A stretch of DNA of 64,000 nt from Coraliomargarita sp. (GTDB lineage Bacteria; Verrucomicrobiota; Verrucomicrobiia; Opitutales; Coraliomargaritaceae): the NCBI GenBank assembly GCA_965216325.1, contig OZ244160.1:2368001-2432000 (forward strand). The letters are read 5' to 3'. This document shows positions 22,301-32,700 of this stretch, one piece after another. The notes under the pieces are model-generated. The model made no database searches, was not told the origin of the DNA, and saw only the letters and a program-made list of their open reading frames with translations. Made by a program: the position numbers and the translations under genes. Each line of letters starts with the position of its first letter. Position 1 is the stretch's first letter.

Positions 22301-25300
22301 CACTTGAAGCCAAGATCGCCGAGATCGAGGCGGCGGGTAACACACCGCGCTTCCGAGGTGTCTTCTGGTTCCAAGGGGAAGCCGATGGTGTGGGAACCGC
22401 GCAACAGCTCAACACACCTGAGTCGGTCTACACCGAACGTTGGAATGGCTTGTTGAGTCAACTCACCTCCGATGTGGGGACGGGTGACTACTTCTTCGTC
22501 ATGAACACGGTCGGTAACTCTGGAAATTACATCAACAGTATCCTGACCAACATCACCAACGCGAATCCACGGGGTGCGCTCTTTAACACTCAGGTGGTTC
22601 CTTACCGCACGAACTTCCAGGATATCCACGGCTACGATCACTATGCAGTGGGCGAGGCGAATGTGCAGCTGTTCATCACGAACTTTGTGGACAACAATCC
22701 AGTGGGTGGGCCTTACACGATTACCTTCGTGAACGTGGATGACTCGATCACCACACAGGTCGTGAACGATGGCGTGATTCCGACCCCACCTCCGGGTGTC
22801 AATACGGCCAACCGCACCTTTACTGGATGGCCAACGATTGCAGTTGCTACGGAAGATGCGACTTACACTGCACTCTACACCAATTCAGGTAATGGTGCAT
22901 CCAGCATCGATGTCTCGCTGGCGCAAAGTGCACATGCGGGCTCTGCGACGACCGTTGACCTTACCGCAGAGGGTGCACTCGACTGGGGTGTCTTCTCCAA
23001 TAGCCCCTTGGCTCCAAGCACTCGCATGAGTGGTGGCGCAGGCTACACGGGGATGTCCTACATCGGTGGTTCGACTGAATCCTTCTATAACTTCTACTCG
23101 CAGAACAACTATAGCTGGACCAACGGCTCTCCAGATGCGACGGGCAGCAACAACCTCACCAGTAACGCCGACTTCGGCGCAAATGGCGATGGTGTTCGCC
23201 TGACCTTCAATGTGGATGCTGCTGGCACGTATCAGGTGAAGTTCTATGCAACCACATCGGATACCAATCTGTCCGCAACCGCATCGCTGCAAAACGGTAG
23301 TGTTTCAGACCTCGTGGACGGAACTCTCGAGACTGGGCTACAACGCTACGAATACACCGTGGAGTTCACCACCGATGGTGCCGACACACTGACGCTCGAT
23401 ATTGTGAAGTCCGGCGGAAGTGTGATCTTTGCCTACGAAGCCTATTCCTTTGCAGCGGTCACCTCCGATACACCTGCAAGCCTTGCGATTAGTTCGGAAG
23501 TTGAACTCTACAATGAAGTGTCCACGGAGACCTATCTGATTGACTTCAGTAACGATGGCCTCGGTGACGCATTGACCGTTTCTTCGGTGACACTAGGTGG
23601 TGCCGATGCAGCTTACTTTACAGTCGATTCATTCACGACACCAGTCGCTCAAGGTGAGGCCGGTGATATTGAACTTAGCTTCAATCCAACTGATGGTGAG
23701 CGCACATACGATGTGACCCTGACGATTGTCTCCAACGATCCGGAGTCTTCTTCGACTGTCGTCGATGTGATAGTTGATTCCGCAAGCCTCCGTCTTGGTA
23801 AGATTATCTGTATTGGAGATTCCATTACAGAAGGCTGGGCAGAGCGTCCGGCAGGAGACGGCAACTGGTCCTGGCGCTATGCGTTCTGGAAGCATCTGGT
23901 TGATCATAATGTGAGCCATGAATTTGTAGGCACACGCACGGGTAACTATCACCTGTCGCAGTCCGACGCAGTTTCAGTCTATCCCGACTATGCGGGTGAG
24001 TCCTTTGTCAATCGCCACGAAGCGATCTGGGGCCTCACCGCACTGGAGCGTGGCGACAGCGCACCGACCTATCTGGCTGCACTCAAGGATCTCGGCGAAA
24101 CGCCGGACACAGCGGTGGTCTTCCTTGGCGGCAATGATATCGGCTGGGACAGCTCAGTAACTGCGGAAACCGTTCGCGATCGCATCAAGGTGATCGTCGA
24201 CAACCTACAGGGAGACCTCGGCGATAGCGGCAATCCAGATATCCGCATCCTGCTTGTTTCAATTCTGCCGCGCTTCACACTGGATGGTGGCGGAGCCTAT
24301 ACGGTTCCGGTTGCGGAGAATACACACTACGCGGCGATTAACAGCTTGCTGCAGACACTTGCCACAGACGAAGCAACAGCGAGCTCCGAGGTGACCTACC
24401 TCGATCTGGCTACCAGTTTTAACAGTGCGAGCAATGTCTTCTACGATGGCGTGCACCCGAATGGCGCCGGCGAACAAATGGAGGCTGATGCGATCTTTGG
24501 CGCGCTCGTGGATGTGGCCAGCAGCTATACCATTACCTTCATCAATGTGGATGGCTCGCAAACCGTCCAGACCGTGGGTGAGGGCGAAGTCGCAACAGCA
24601 CCTCCGGGTGTCAACACTGCCGACCGCACCTTTACCGCATGGCCGACAATTGTTCCAGCAACCGCTGATGCAACCTACACGGCGCAGTATACGATCAATG
24701 TCTCCGCGAGCATCAGTGTTTCGCTGACACAAAGCGCAAGCGGTGGTCAGGGTTCGTCAGCAGTGGATCTCACTGCCGATGGTGGCCTAGATTGGGGCGC
24801 TTGGAATGGTGAGCTGACCGTTCCCGGCGAGACCATGGCAGGCGGCTACGGCCTCACGAGCCTGACTGCGATCGGTGCGACCAGTTTCGATGGTGGCTTC
24901 TTCAACGGTCAGAACAACTACAGCTGGTCCAATGGTAGCCCGACAACTGTGGGTAGCACGACGCTGGCCGGTAATGGAACAATCGCTGCACAAGGTGATG
25001 GCGTGCGCCTGACGGTGAACGTCGCAGCATCCGGTTCTTATCAGTTGAAATTCTATACCACGACTTACGATGTGAATTTGAATGCAACTGCAAGCCTCGC
25101 ATCCGGCGGTGTCTCCGATACCGTTGCTGGTAGCTATGTGGTCAACGGCACGGAGAAGTATGTATACACCGTGGACTTTACCACTGCAGGGCCGGACACA
25201 CTCTCACTCGACTTGGTAAAGAGTGGAGGTGCCAACGCGATTTTTGCTTATGAAGCATTCTCTCTGAAGTCCACTGACGGCGGCAATCCGCAGCCGACTA

Positions 25301-28300
25301 CCTATGAGATTACCTTCATCAATGTCGACGGCAGCCAAACGACTCAGACGGTCAATGCCGGTCAGGTCGCGACACCACCACCAGGTGTCAACACCGCTGA
25401 CAAGACCTTCACCGCGTGGCCAACAGTTGCGCCTGCGAATGCGGATGCGACCTACACCGCGCTCTATGAGGATGTGGTCAACACTTACGAAATTACCTTT
25501 ATCAATGTCGATGGCTCACAAAACACGCAGACGGTTGACGAGGGTGAGGTGGCAACTCCGCCGCCAGGTGTGAGCACTGCCGATAAGACCTTCACGGGGT
25601 GGCCGACGGTTGCGCCTGCGACCGCAGATGCGACTTACACGGCGCTCTACGAGGCTGTCGTGAACACTTACGAGATTACCTTTATCAATGTCGACGGCTC
25701 ACAAAGCTCTCAGACAGTCGATGAAGGTCAGGTTGCGACGCCACCGCCTGGCGTGAACGATGGGGACAAGATCTTCACTGATTGGCCGACAATTGCGCCT
25801 GCATCTGAAGACGCGACCTACACCGCCAACTATCAGGTGAATGTGGGTGCAGTTAACATCACATGGGACGGCGGCGCTGCCGATAACCTGTGGACCTCCG
25901 CTGCCAACTGGGATAGCGACCTGCTTCCAGTGAACGGCGATATCATCGCGATTGCGAATGGCGATACCGTTGATATCCCAGCCAACGATTGGTCGCTGGC
26001 TGGCGGCATCACCGTCAATGTTGCGGGCAACTCACAGATCACGAATAGCAGTGCGGCCGCTCGCCTCTACGGTGCGATGGTTTTTAACTTCGCAGCAGGC
26101 AGCGGTCTGTCCGGTGCATACATCGATCTCTATGATGGCACGCTGAACTTTGACGATGGCGCGACCTTTACGCCAAATAACATTCAGCATCGCGGCACGA
26201 CCACCTACGGACTCACGCTCTCGAGCACTGGTTTCACGACTCTGCTGCCTGGCACCTTGCATGATGCGGGTAACGAGGACTGGTCGGATGTGACCTTCAA
26301 TCTGGATGTCTCCAACTACGACACGGCCAATGGCCTCGTCGTTGAGTTGATCGACTATGCCGGTCACGCTGCGGCCTATGATGGCAGCTTCTCTCCAATC
26401 GTGAACGTGGAGGCGGGTGCATCCGGTCTGACCGGTGAGCTGAGCTTCGACACCGCGAGCTCGAAGGTGATCTACACCTTCGATACCACCTACGTGATTA
26501 CCTTCATCAACGTCGATGGTTCGCAAACCACGCAGACCGTTGTGCAAGGTGAGGTCGCTCAGCCACCAGCTGGTGTGAACTTCGGCGACCGCATCTTCGA
26601 TGGCTGGCCAACGGTTGCGCCAGCGAGCGCAGACGCCACTTACACGGCCAACTATCAAGTCGATGTTGGCGCGGTTGACCGCACATGGTCCGGTGGCGCA
26701 GGCGATAACCTTTGGACGACTGCGGCCAACTGGAGTGGCGGTATCGTGCCTGCGAACGGCGACGTGATCGCAGTCGCAAATGGCGGCACCATCGACATGC
26801 CGGCCAACGACTGGTCTCTGCCAACCGGCATTACGGTCAATGTCGCGGGTAACTCGCAGATCGATAACAGCAGTGCAGCTGCTCGCTTGTATGGTGCGAT
26901 GACCTTCAACTTCGCAGCGGGCAGTGGTCTGTCCGGTGCGTGGATCGATCTGGAAGGCGGCACGCTGAACTTCGAGGATGGTGCGACTTTTACTGCAAAC
27001 AATATTCAGCATCGTGGCACGACCACGTATGGCATCACGCTGTCCAACACCGGTTTCGCGACGCTGACTCCGGGAGCACTGCATAGCGGTGTCGATGAAG
27101 ACTGGTCCGATGTGACCTTCAACATTGATGCGTCCAACTATGACACCGCGAATGGCATGGTCCTCGAGTTGATTGACTTCGCAAGTCATGGCGCTGCCTA
27201 CGATGCGAACTTCAATCCGATCGTGAATCTCATTGACGGCGGTTCGGGTCTGACAGGTGTCTTGTTCTTCGATACCGCAAGTTCGAAAGTCATCTACACC
27301 TTCGATACCAAGTATGACATTACCTTCATCAATGTGGATGGTAGCCAGACGACTCAGACTGTGCTCGAAGGTGAAGTCGCAACACCACCAGCGGGTGTTG
27401 ACTTCGGTAACCGCTTCTTTACTGGATGGCCAAGCATTGCTCCGGCTACTGCGGATGCGACCTACACGGCAAACGACTACGAAGTCGTAGGTGGTGTGGA
27501 TAGCAGCTGGAGCGGTGGTGCAGGGGATGACCTCTGGACGACAGCGTCCAACTGGAGTGGGGCTGTCTTACCGGCAAGTGGTTCGACCATCGTGATCGCA
27601 CATGGCGGCACCGTGGACATCCCAGCCAACGACTGGTCACTTCCAAGCGGTATCACGGTGCATGTGATCGCGAACTCGCAGATCGGTAATAGCACTGCAG
27701 CTGCCCGCTTGTATGGAGCGATGAGCTTCAACTTCGCATCCGGTAGCGGCCTGTCCGGTGCGTGGATCGATCTGCAGGATGGCACGCTGTACTTCGAGGA
27801 TGGCGCGACCTTTACTGCAAATAACATTCAGCATCGTGGCACCACTACCTACGGACTCACACTTTCCGAAACTGGTTTCACCACGCTCACTCCGGGCAAC
27901 TTGTATAACGGAGTCGACGAAGACTGGTCGGATGTGACCTTCAATCTGGACGTCTCGGATTACGATCCAGCCAATGGCCTGACTATTGATTTGATCGATT
28001 ACTCCAGCCATGCGGCAGCCTATGGTGGCAGCTTCAATCCGACACTGAACCTCATCGATAACGGTAACGGACTCTCGGGTGCGCTGGTGTTCGATGCGGC
28101 GACATCCACGGTCTCCTTTGTGATCGATTACTACGTCGGTGCGGATGGCAGCAGCTTCCACTATGTGCTCGCACCATCTGGCTATGTCCCGATTCAAGAA
28201 GGGCAGCTTGCCAGCGGTGGCGGCACCTGGGCGGATGTCAGCTTCACGGTCGATATCTCGAACTACGATTACCAAGGCGATGTCTCGCTCGTGCTGTCGG

Positions 28301-29109
28301 ACTATAGCTCGCACGATGCCGTCTTCGATGGAGTCTTCAATCCGGCGATCAACATCGTGACCGGTGACACTGGCCTCACTGCCTTCGTGAGTTTCGACCC
28401 CGCGACTTCGGACGTGATCCTGACAATCGTTGAGGAGGTGCTCTGGGATGGCGAAGGGGGCGACAACTCCTGGCTCACCGCGGCCAACTGGAGTAGCGAC
28501 GCCGCACCAGCGGTTGACGACTGGCTCCGTGTTGGCAGTGGTGCAAGCGTGATCAACGCAGAACGCGATTTCACTTCGCTGCACATTGAATCCGGCGCAA
28601 GCGTAACCTTCAGCCAAGAGTTTCTCGATACCAACTACTTCGTCGTCGAGGGCAGCCTGGACAAGAGCGGCGTGTTCCGCTTGCAGAGTTCGGTGATCGA
28701 ACTGCATGGCAGTCTCGGTGCTTCGATTACCTTCCTCGATACCAATGGGGCGACCATTGATTTCTACGATGGTGCGGCCTTCGACAACAGCAACATGCAC
28801 TTCGAGCACAAAGGCTCGAATACCTTCGGCTATATCCTGTCAGAATCCGGTTTCACTACGCTCAATGCTGCCGGCCTCTGGGGCGCTGGCTGGACGGGTG
28901 TCACCTTCGACATCGATCTCTCCGCCTATGATATTAACAACGGCAGCACGATCGTGCTGGTCGATTACAGTTCGCATGCCGCAGCGTATGACGGAGCCTT
29001 CGATCCTGCCGCAGTGAATATCATCGCGGGCGACAGTGGATTGGATGCGACCCTAAGCTACGACGCCGTGAACTCCTCACTCGTGCTGACTGTTTTCTCC
29101 GCGAATTAA
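19387..29109 (+). CDS. Giant (~3240 aa) secreted modular protein: 3 SASA/CE6-like domains, 1 SGNH domain, beta-sandwich and ASH-like domains, ~60-aa stalk repeats and ~200-aa passenger-like repeats
   Basis: Signal peptide; three GQSN motifs each followed by WxQGE; GDSITEG...DGVHPN; repeats visible in the translation. Start ATG 19387 or 19381. Confidence 0.88.
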   Translation: MKLPLINLSKALSVCALLALSLQTLAHAAGINVSLVQSNHGTSGSTPIDLTAEGDMDWGVFANSTLSPSTRMSGGSGLASIAYLGGSADAFYNFYSQNSYNWTNGNSPPTGSNNLTTNANMTSDGDGLRMSFNVATPGTYRLKFYATTSATNLRATATLSSGNVSDSATGTVPGGLEKYEFTVDFTADTSDTLTLDVAKDGGQSILAYEAFSLSAVDVTPVPNLNVDSSFTFENASTPESFQIPYSNNGQQPLSISSVNLGGADAQYFTVNSYASSLAVGANGTLALNFNPSGDRIYNATLTIASNDSDSPSTVVNISVNSGNVSQEIDIFILAGQSNANGQGMVNSLTPQQAGPHDALIYTSWHTRAGDAYTDQNHSGWLDEILAGETRSDWHTSVNFGGSPWFGPEVGFVARANAINLTNGRQIAIIKYAVDGSNLNLWQPGGICWSGLTNTLNLAVAGLESEGYTPNFAGMIWWQGENGTTVGGLNGFIGHVRNHLANTFGLQDSANFPVVITGNDAWGAGLKTGVADNDDDVEFVNSYEYGQNVIVHVGSNEGPNDVTGNGVNDMYDIGEAYADQLALIFEPSEATPPPTGGGDIVDVFIATGQSNAVYPMDNQYGFGRGIQDALTASGQFSNPTVVMDGDGGRPIAYWWAEFWPGPYTGYDDDFFDTNGSGTGKLEAKLNEIIANGDTPRFRGVFWWQGESDGLGPYADANTSQADYETRWNGLLAQLDADLQAAGVSSNDYKFVVNTVAESGDQINNILTAIANGDSRGAIYDALNSPYHDQNIIVEPSYGNLHDYNHFAVGQANVQLFIDSFLGNSATYTITFINVDGSVTTQTVNEGVVATPPAGVNTADKTFTAWPTVVPATADATYTAEYTQNGGGGDIVDVFIATGQSNAAWPWDSVNQVGTFQFGAGVQAALTASGRFSNPTVVRQGEPGMAIENWFKDGAPQWAYGKNFFGTYQGVTAALEAKIAEIEAAGNTPRFRGVFWFQGEADGVGTAQQLNTPESVYTERWNGLLSQLTSDVGTGDYFFVMNTVGNSGNYINSILTNITNANPRGALFNTQVVPYRTNFQDIHGYDHYAVGEANVQLFITNFVDNNPVGGPYTITFVNVDDSITTQVVNDGVIPTPPPGVNTANRTFTGWPTIAVATEDATYTALYTNSGNGASSIDVSLAQSAHAGSATTVDLTAEGALDWGVFSNSPLAPSTRMSGGAGYTGMSYIGGSTESFYNFYSQNNYSWTNGSPDATGSNNLTSNADFGANGDGVRLTFNVDAAGTYQVKFYATTSDTNLSATASLQNGSVSDLVDGTLETGLQRYEYTVEFTTDGADTLTLDIVKSGGSVIFAYEAYSFAAVTSDTPASLAISSEVELYNEVSTETYLIDFSNDGLGDALTVSSVTLGGADAAYFTVDSFTTPVAQGEAGDIELSFNPTDGERTYDVTLTIVSNDPESSSTVVDVIVDSASLRLGKIICIGDSITEGWAERPAGDGNWSWRYAFWKHLVDHNVSHEFVGTRTGNYHLSQSDAVSVYPDYAGESFVNRHEAIWGLTALERGDSAPTYLAALKDLGETPDTAVVFLGGNDIGWDSSVTAETVRDRIKVIVDNLQGDLGDSGNPDIRILLVSILPRFTLDGGGAYTVPVAENTHYAAINSLLQTLATDEATASSEVTYLDLATSFNSASNVFYDGVHPNGAGEQMEADAIFGALVDVASSYTITFINVDGSQTVQTVGEGEVATAPPGVNTADRTFTAWPTIVPATADATYTAQYTINVSASISVSLTQSASGGQGSSAVDLTADGGLDWGAWNGELTVPGETMAGGYGLTSLTAIGATSFDGGFFNGQNNYSWSNGSPTTVGSTTLAGNGTIAAQGDGVRLTVNVAASGSYQLKFYTTTYDVNLNATASLASGGVSDTVAGSYVVNGTEKYVYTVDFTTAGPDTLSLDLVKSGGANAIFAYEAFSLKSTDGGNPQPTTYEITFINVDGSQTTQTVNAGQVATPPPGVNTADKTFTAWPTVAPANADATYTALYEDVVNTYEITFINVDGSQNTQTVDEGEVATPPPGVSTADKTFTGWPTVAPATADATYTALYEAVVNTYEITFINVDGSQSSQTVDEGQVATPPPGVNDGDKIFTDWPTIAPASEDATYTANYQVNVGAVNITWDGGAADNLWTSAANWDSDLLPVNGDIIAIANGDTVDIPANDWSLAGGITVNVAGNSQITNSSAAARLYGAMVFNFAAGSGLSGAYIDLYDGTLNFDDGATFTPNNIQHRGTTTYGLTLSSTGFTTLLPGTLHDAGNEDWSDVTFNLDVSNYDTANGLVVELIDYAGHAAAYDGSFSPIVNVEAGASGLTGELSFDTASSKVIYTFDTTYVITFINVDGSQTTQTVVQGEVAQPPAGVNFGDRIFDGWPTVAPASADATYTANYQVDVGAVDRTWSGGAGDNLWTTAANWSGGIVPANGDVIAVANGGTIDMPANDWSLPTGITVNVAGNSQIDNSSAAARLYGAMTFNFAAGSGLSGAWIDLEGGTLNFEDGATFTANNIQHRGTTTYGITLSNTGFATLTPGALHSGVDEDWSDVTFNIDASNYDTANGMVLELIDFASHGAAYDANFNPIVNLIDGGSGLTGVLFFDTASSKVIYTFDTKYDITFINVDGSQTTQTVLEGEVATPPAGVDFGNRFFTGWPSIAPATADATYTANDYEVVGGVDSSWSGGAGDDLWTTASNWSGAVLPASGSTIVIAHGGTVDIPANDWSLPSGITVHVIANSQIGNSTAAARLYGAMSFNFASGSGLSGAWIDLQDGTLYFEDGATFTANNIQHRGTTTYGLTLSETGFTTLTPGNLYNGVDEDWSDVTFNLDVSDYDPANGLTIDLIDYSSHAAAYGGSFNPTLNLIDNGNGLSGALVFDAATSTVSFVIDYYVGADGSSFHYVLAPSGYVPIQEGQLASGGGTWADVSFTVDISNYDYQGDVSLVLSDYSSHDAVFDGVFNPAINIVTGDTGLTAFVSFDPATSDVILTIVEEVLWDGEGGDNSWLTAANWSSDAAPAVDDWLRVGSGASVINAERDFTSLHIESGASVTFSQEFLDTNYFVVEGSLDKSGVFRLQSSVIELHGSLGASITFLDTNGATIDFYDGAAFDNSNMHFEHKGSNTFGYILSESGFTTLNAAGLWGAGWTGVTFDIDLSAYDINNGSTIVLVDYSSHAAAYDGAFDPAAVNIIAGDSGLDATLSYDAVNSSLVLTVFSAN
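25303..25851 (+). repeat. Three tandem 183-bp (61-aa) coding repeats
   Basis: YEITFINVDGSQ... units begin at 25303, 25486 and 25669; five more dispersed copies occur in the same gene. Confidence 0.9.
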
Positions 29110-29145
29110 GTTCTAGCAACGAATCTTGTCCAAAGAGATACAGCG

Positions 29146-29181
29146 CGCCCGGATCGATTCATCGGTCCGGGCGTTGTTTGT
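29146..29181 (+). terminator. Probable intrinsic terminator
   Basis: CGCCCGGATCGAT-tc-ATCGGTCCGGGCG followed by TTGTTTGT. Confidence 0.65.
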
Positions 29182-29372
29182 ATCCAGTGAGGAGCACTAT
29201 CGCGACTGAAACGTTGTGCGCGAAAGAAGTTGATTGCAGAAGTTGGGGCTAGCTAAGCCCATTCCTGATAGTGGTTCTTATTGTTGGTCTAGCGTGGAGG
29301 ACGAACGGATTGAAAGTGAAACTGAATGTGCGGCGCGGGACGCGCCGAGTCACTACCTTAAGGGGATTTTCT

Positions 29373-29523
29373 GGTAGGGCAGCCTCGCCGAGGCTGCCGT
29401 TCGCCCGCTTGTTACGAATGACTTAAAGCCTTAGGATGGCTGTTCTGTAGGGTTCGGTGATCCACATTGTCTGGGGTTTCGGTATTGTTTGCCGAACGGT
29501 CGCCTCGGCGAGGCGACCCTACC
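29373..29523. repeat. GTAG-type REP doublet
   Basis: GGTAG-GGCAGCCTC-GCC-GAGGCTGCC-GTTCG on +, and GGTAG-GGTCGCCTC-GCC-GAGGCGACC-GTTCG on -. Confidence 0.8.
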
Positions 29524-29706
29524 TTTTCATTAAGCTGAAATTAGGCTTCGCTGACGAGACTGTAGGACATGGAAGGAACGGCTATAGAGACAGAGTTGAG
29601 ATTTTCGCTTGGCAGCCGCTTTTGCAAAAGACACCAGAGGCATCCCCCTCTGATATTGTGTAAATGTATTGTAATACACTGTTTGGAAGAGGCTTTGCGG
29701 CCAAAT

Positions 29707-29724
29707 ATCGCACGTATGAGCGAT
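29707..29724. promoter_or_regulatory. 18-bp operator copy 4
   Basis: ATCGCAC-GTAT-GAGCGAT; TATGGT at 29746, 21 bp away. Confidence 0.8.
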
Positions 29725-29779
29725 GTGGGTAATGCAGCACTCTGGTATGGTTCGGCCTTTCAAAAACTCCCCCGATCTA

Positions 29780-32700
29780 ATGAGAAAGTCTCTATCTGTT
29801 TTCGCCTTATTTGTATGTCTGTCACTGCAGGCTCTGGTTCATGCGGCGGTTGTCGATGTCTTCGTCGCTACCGGGCAGTCCAATGCTGCGTGGCCTTGGG
29901 ATAGTGAGAACCAAGTCGGCACTTTCCAATTCGGTGTGGGTGTGCAGGACGCACTGGATGCCTCGGGGCTCTTCTCGAATCCGACCGTGGTGATTGGCGG
30001 TGTGCCCGGTCAGGAGATTGCTGCCTGGTATAATGACTCGGGCGCAAATGGTTTATATAATACCGAGTTTTTCGACACGACCGCAGTGGGAACGGGTGCT
30101 CTGGAAGCCAAGATCGCTGAGATTATTGGCAATGGCGATACGCCACGCTTTCGGGGTGTCTTCTGGTTCCAGGGCGAAGCGGATGGCTTGAACGGCACAG
30201 AGGCATCGTATACCTCGAGATGGAACGGCTTACTGGGGCAACTGGCGTCCGACGTTGGCAGCAACGATTTTAACTATGTGATGAATCGGGTTGGTAACTC
30301 TGGCACACTGATTAACGATACCTTAGCTGCGATCACCAATGCCGATGCTCGTGGTGCCTTGTTTGATACACAGGTCGCGCCGTATCGAACCAACACGGCC
30401 GACATTCATGGTTACGATCACTATGCGGTGGGACAGGCCAATGCACAGCTCTTCATCGATACCTTTGTGCGTCCGGTTGATATCTTTATTGTGGCAGGGC
30501 AGTCGAACGCGAATGGGCAGGGGCTCGTCAGTGAGTTAACTGTTCCGCAAAGCACGCAGGATGCGATGTTCTACAGTTCATGGCATTTGCAGGCCTTTAA
30601 CGCAGAGTCCACTCAGTATTATACAAACTGGCTAGCGCAGACGGTTGCGGGGCAAACTCGATCGACCGGTAATGTGAGCTCCACCTTTGGTAATAGTAGC
30701 TGGTTTGGCCCTGAGGTGGGCTTTGTGGCCAGAGCCAATGAAATCAATCTGACTGCAAATCCGATGGGTATTCTGAAGTATGCAGTAGATGGCTCTGCGT
30801 TAACCAGCGATGTGAATTTTTCAGACTGGGATTTATCGGCTGCGACCTTGAATGATGGAGACTGTTGGAGGGGCTTTCAGGCTGCGCTGAGCGATGCGGT
30901 GACCAAGCTGCAGAATGACGGGCACACTCCAAATTTCAAAGGCATGATTTGGTGGCAAGGTGAGAATGGCACCAATGCCACGGATTTGAACGCCTTTGTC
31001 GCAGCGGTGCGAAGTCACCTCGCAAGCAACTACGGCATTCAGAATGAATCGGAGTTCCCGATTGTGATTACTGGCAATGACTTCTGGGGGGCGGGCCTGA
31101 AAGCTGGAGTCTCGGATTTGGATGATGCGGTTGGTTTTATTGACTCGGTGACATATGGTCAAATTGCCGGTTACACGAATGTTCACCTTGGTAGCGGGCA
31201 AGGTGGCAATCTGACTGACGTTACCGGCAATGGCATCAACGATATGTATGACATCGGTGTGGCCTATGCCGATGAGATGGCTGTGCTATTGAGCGCTGCG
31301 GTGACACCTCCTCCAAGTGGGCCGGATGTGTCATGGGATGGTGGGGCCGGTGATGGCTTGTGGACTTCGGAGGTAAACTGGAGCGGTGATGCGCTGCCTG
31401 CCAGCGGCGATACGATTGAGATCAGTAATGGCGACACGGTGGATATGCCTGCGAATTTCTTTGCGCCGACAAATTCTACTACGGATGTATCCGGTGGATC
31501 ACAATTGACCAATTCGGGTGCAGCCGCCCGGCTAACTTCAGGTGCAGTGATCAATTTCGCCAGCGGCAGTGGTCTATCGGGCGCGTATATCGATCTCAAT
31601 TCTGGAACGATCAACTTTGTTGATGGCGCGACTTTAACTGTTGCGAATATACAACACCGTGGCGATGTGACTTACGGTATTACGTTTTCGAGCAATGGCT
31701 TCGCAACGCTGACTCCGGGGGCGCTGCACGATGCCGGAAATGAAGACTGGTCGAATGTGACCTTTAATCTCGATTTTGCGAACTACGATAGTGCGAACGG
31801 TGCAGTCGTAGAGTTGATCGACTATACCGGTCATGCGACAGTTTACAACGGCAGCTTCAATCCGACCGTAAACGTTGAGGCTGGGGATACCGGCCTGACA
31901 GGCACGCTGTCTTTCGATACTGCTAGCTCTAAAGTTATCTATACCTTCAATAGTGCGCCGACACCTCCTCCAAGTGGGCCGGATGTGTCATGGGATGGTG
32001 GGGCCGGTGATGGCTTGTGGACTTCGGAGTTAAACTGGAGCGGTAATGCGCTGCCTGCCAGCGGCGATACGATTGAGATCAGTAATGGTGACACGGTGGA
32101 TATGCCTGCGGATGATTGGTCACTGGCAACAGGTGTGACGATCCATGTAACTGGTAACTCACAGATCGACAGTAGCATGGGTGCGGCGCGTTTGCACTCC
32201 GGTATGGTCTTCAACTTTTCCGCAGGCAGTGGAATCGGTGGGCAGTGGATCCACTTCGAGAACTGCACATTCAACTTCGAAGATGGTGCGACGTTCACGC
32301 CGGGAACCGTTCAGCACCGTTTCAACGCGACGTACGGAATTACCTTCTCCAGTACGGGCTTTACGACGCTGACGCCTGGTGAGTTGAAGGTCTGGGACAC
32401 TGAAGATTGGTCGAATGTGACCTTCAATATCGAGCTGTCCGAGTATGATACGTCCAACGGATTGGTCGTCGAGTTGATCGATTTCGCGGGCCATGCGGAT
32501 GTCTTCAACGGCAGTTTTAATCCCACGATCAATGTCGAGGCCGGTGACTCCGGGCTGACGGGCACGCTATCCTTCGATACTACGAACTCCAAGGTGATCT
32601 ATACTTTTGATGGTGTCGTCATGCCGACGACCTACGAGATCACATTCATCAACGTGGATGACTCCGAAAGCACTGTGACGGTGAATGAGAATGAAGTGGC

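Noticed and set aside
25303..25851. CRISPR-like periodicity
   Set aside because: In-frame 183-bp protein repeats, with no unique spacers and no cas genes
21703..28809. Long antisense ORFs (312, 385 and 390 aa)
   Set aside because: Shadows of the giant + strand gene
29331..29357. Single GGTAG-footed hairpin on the minus strand
   Set aside because: No partner or second copy in the window; REP status unsupported
31303..32110. Diversity-generating retroelement template/variable repeat pair
   Set aside because: No reverse transcriptase, and the mismatches are not adenine-specific
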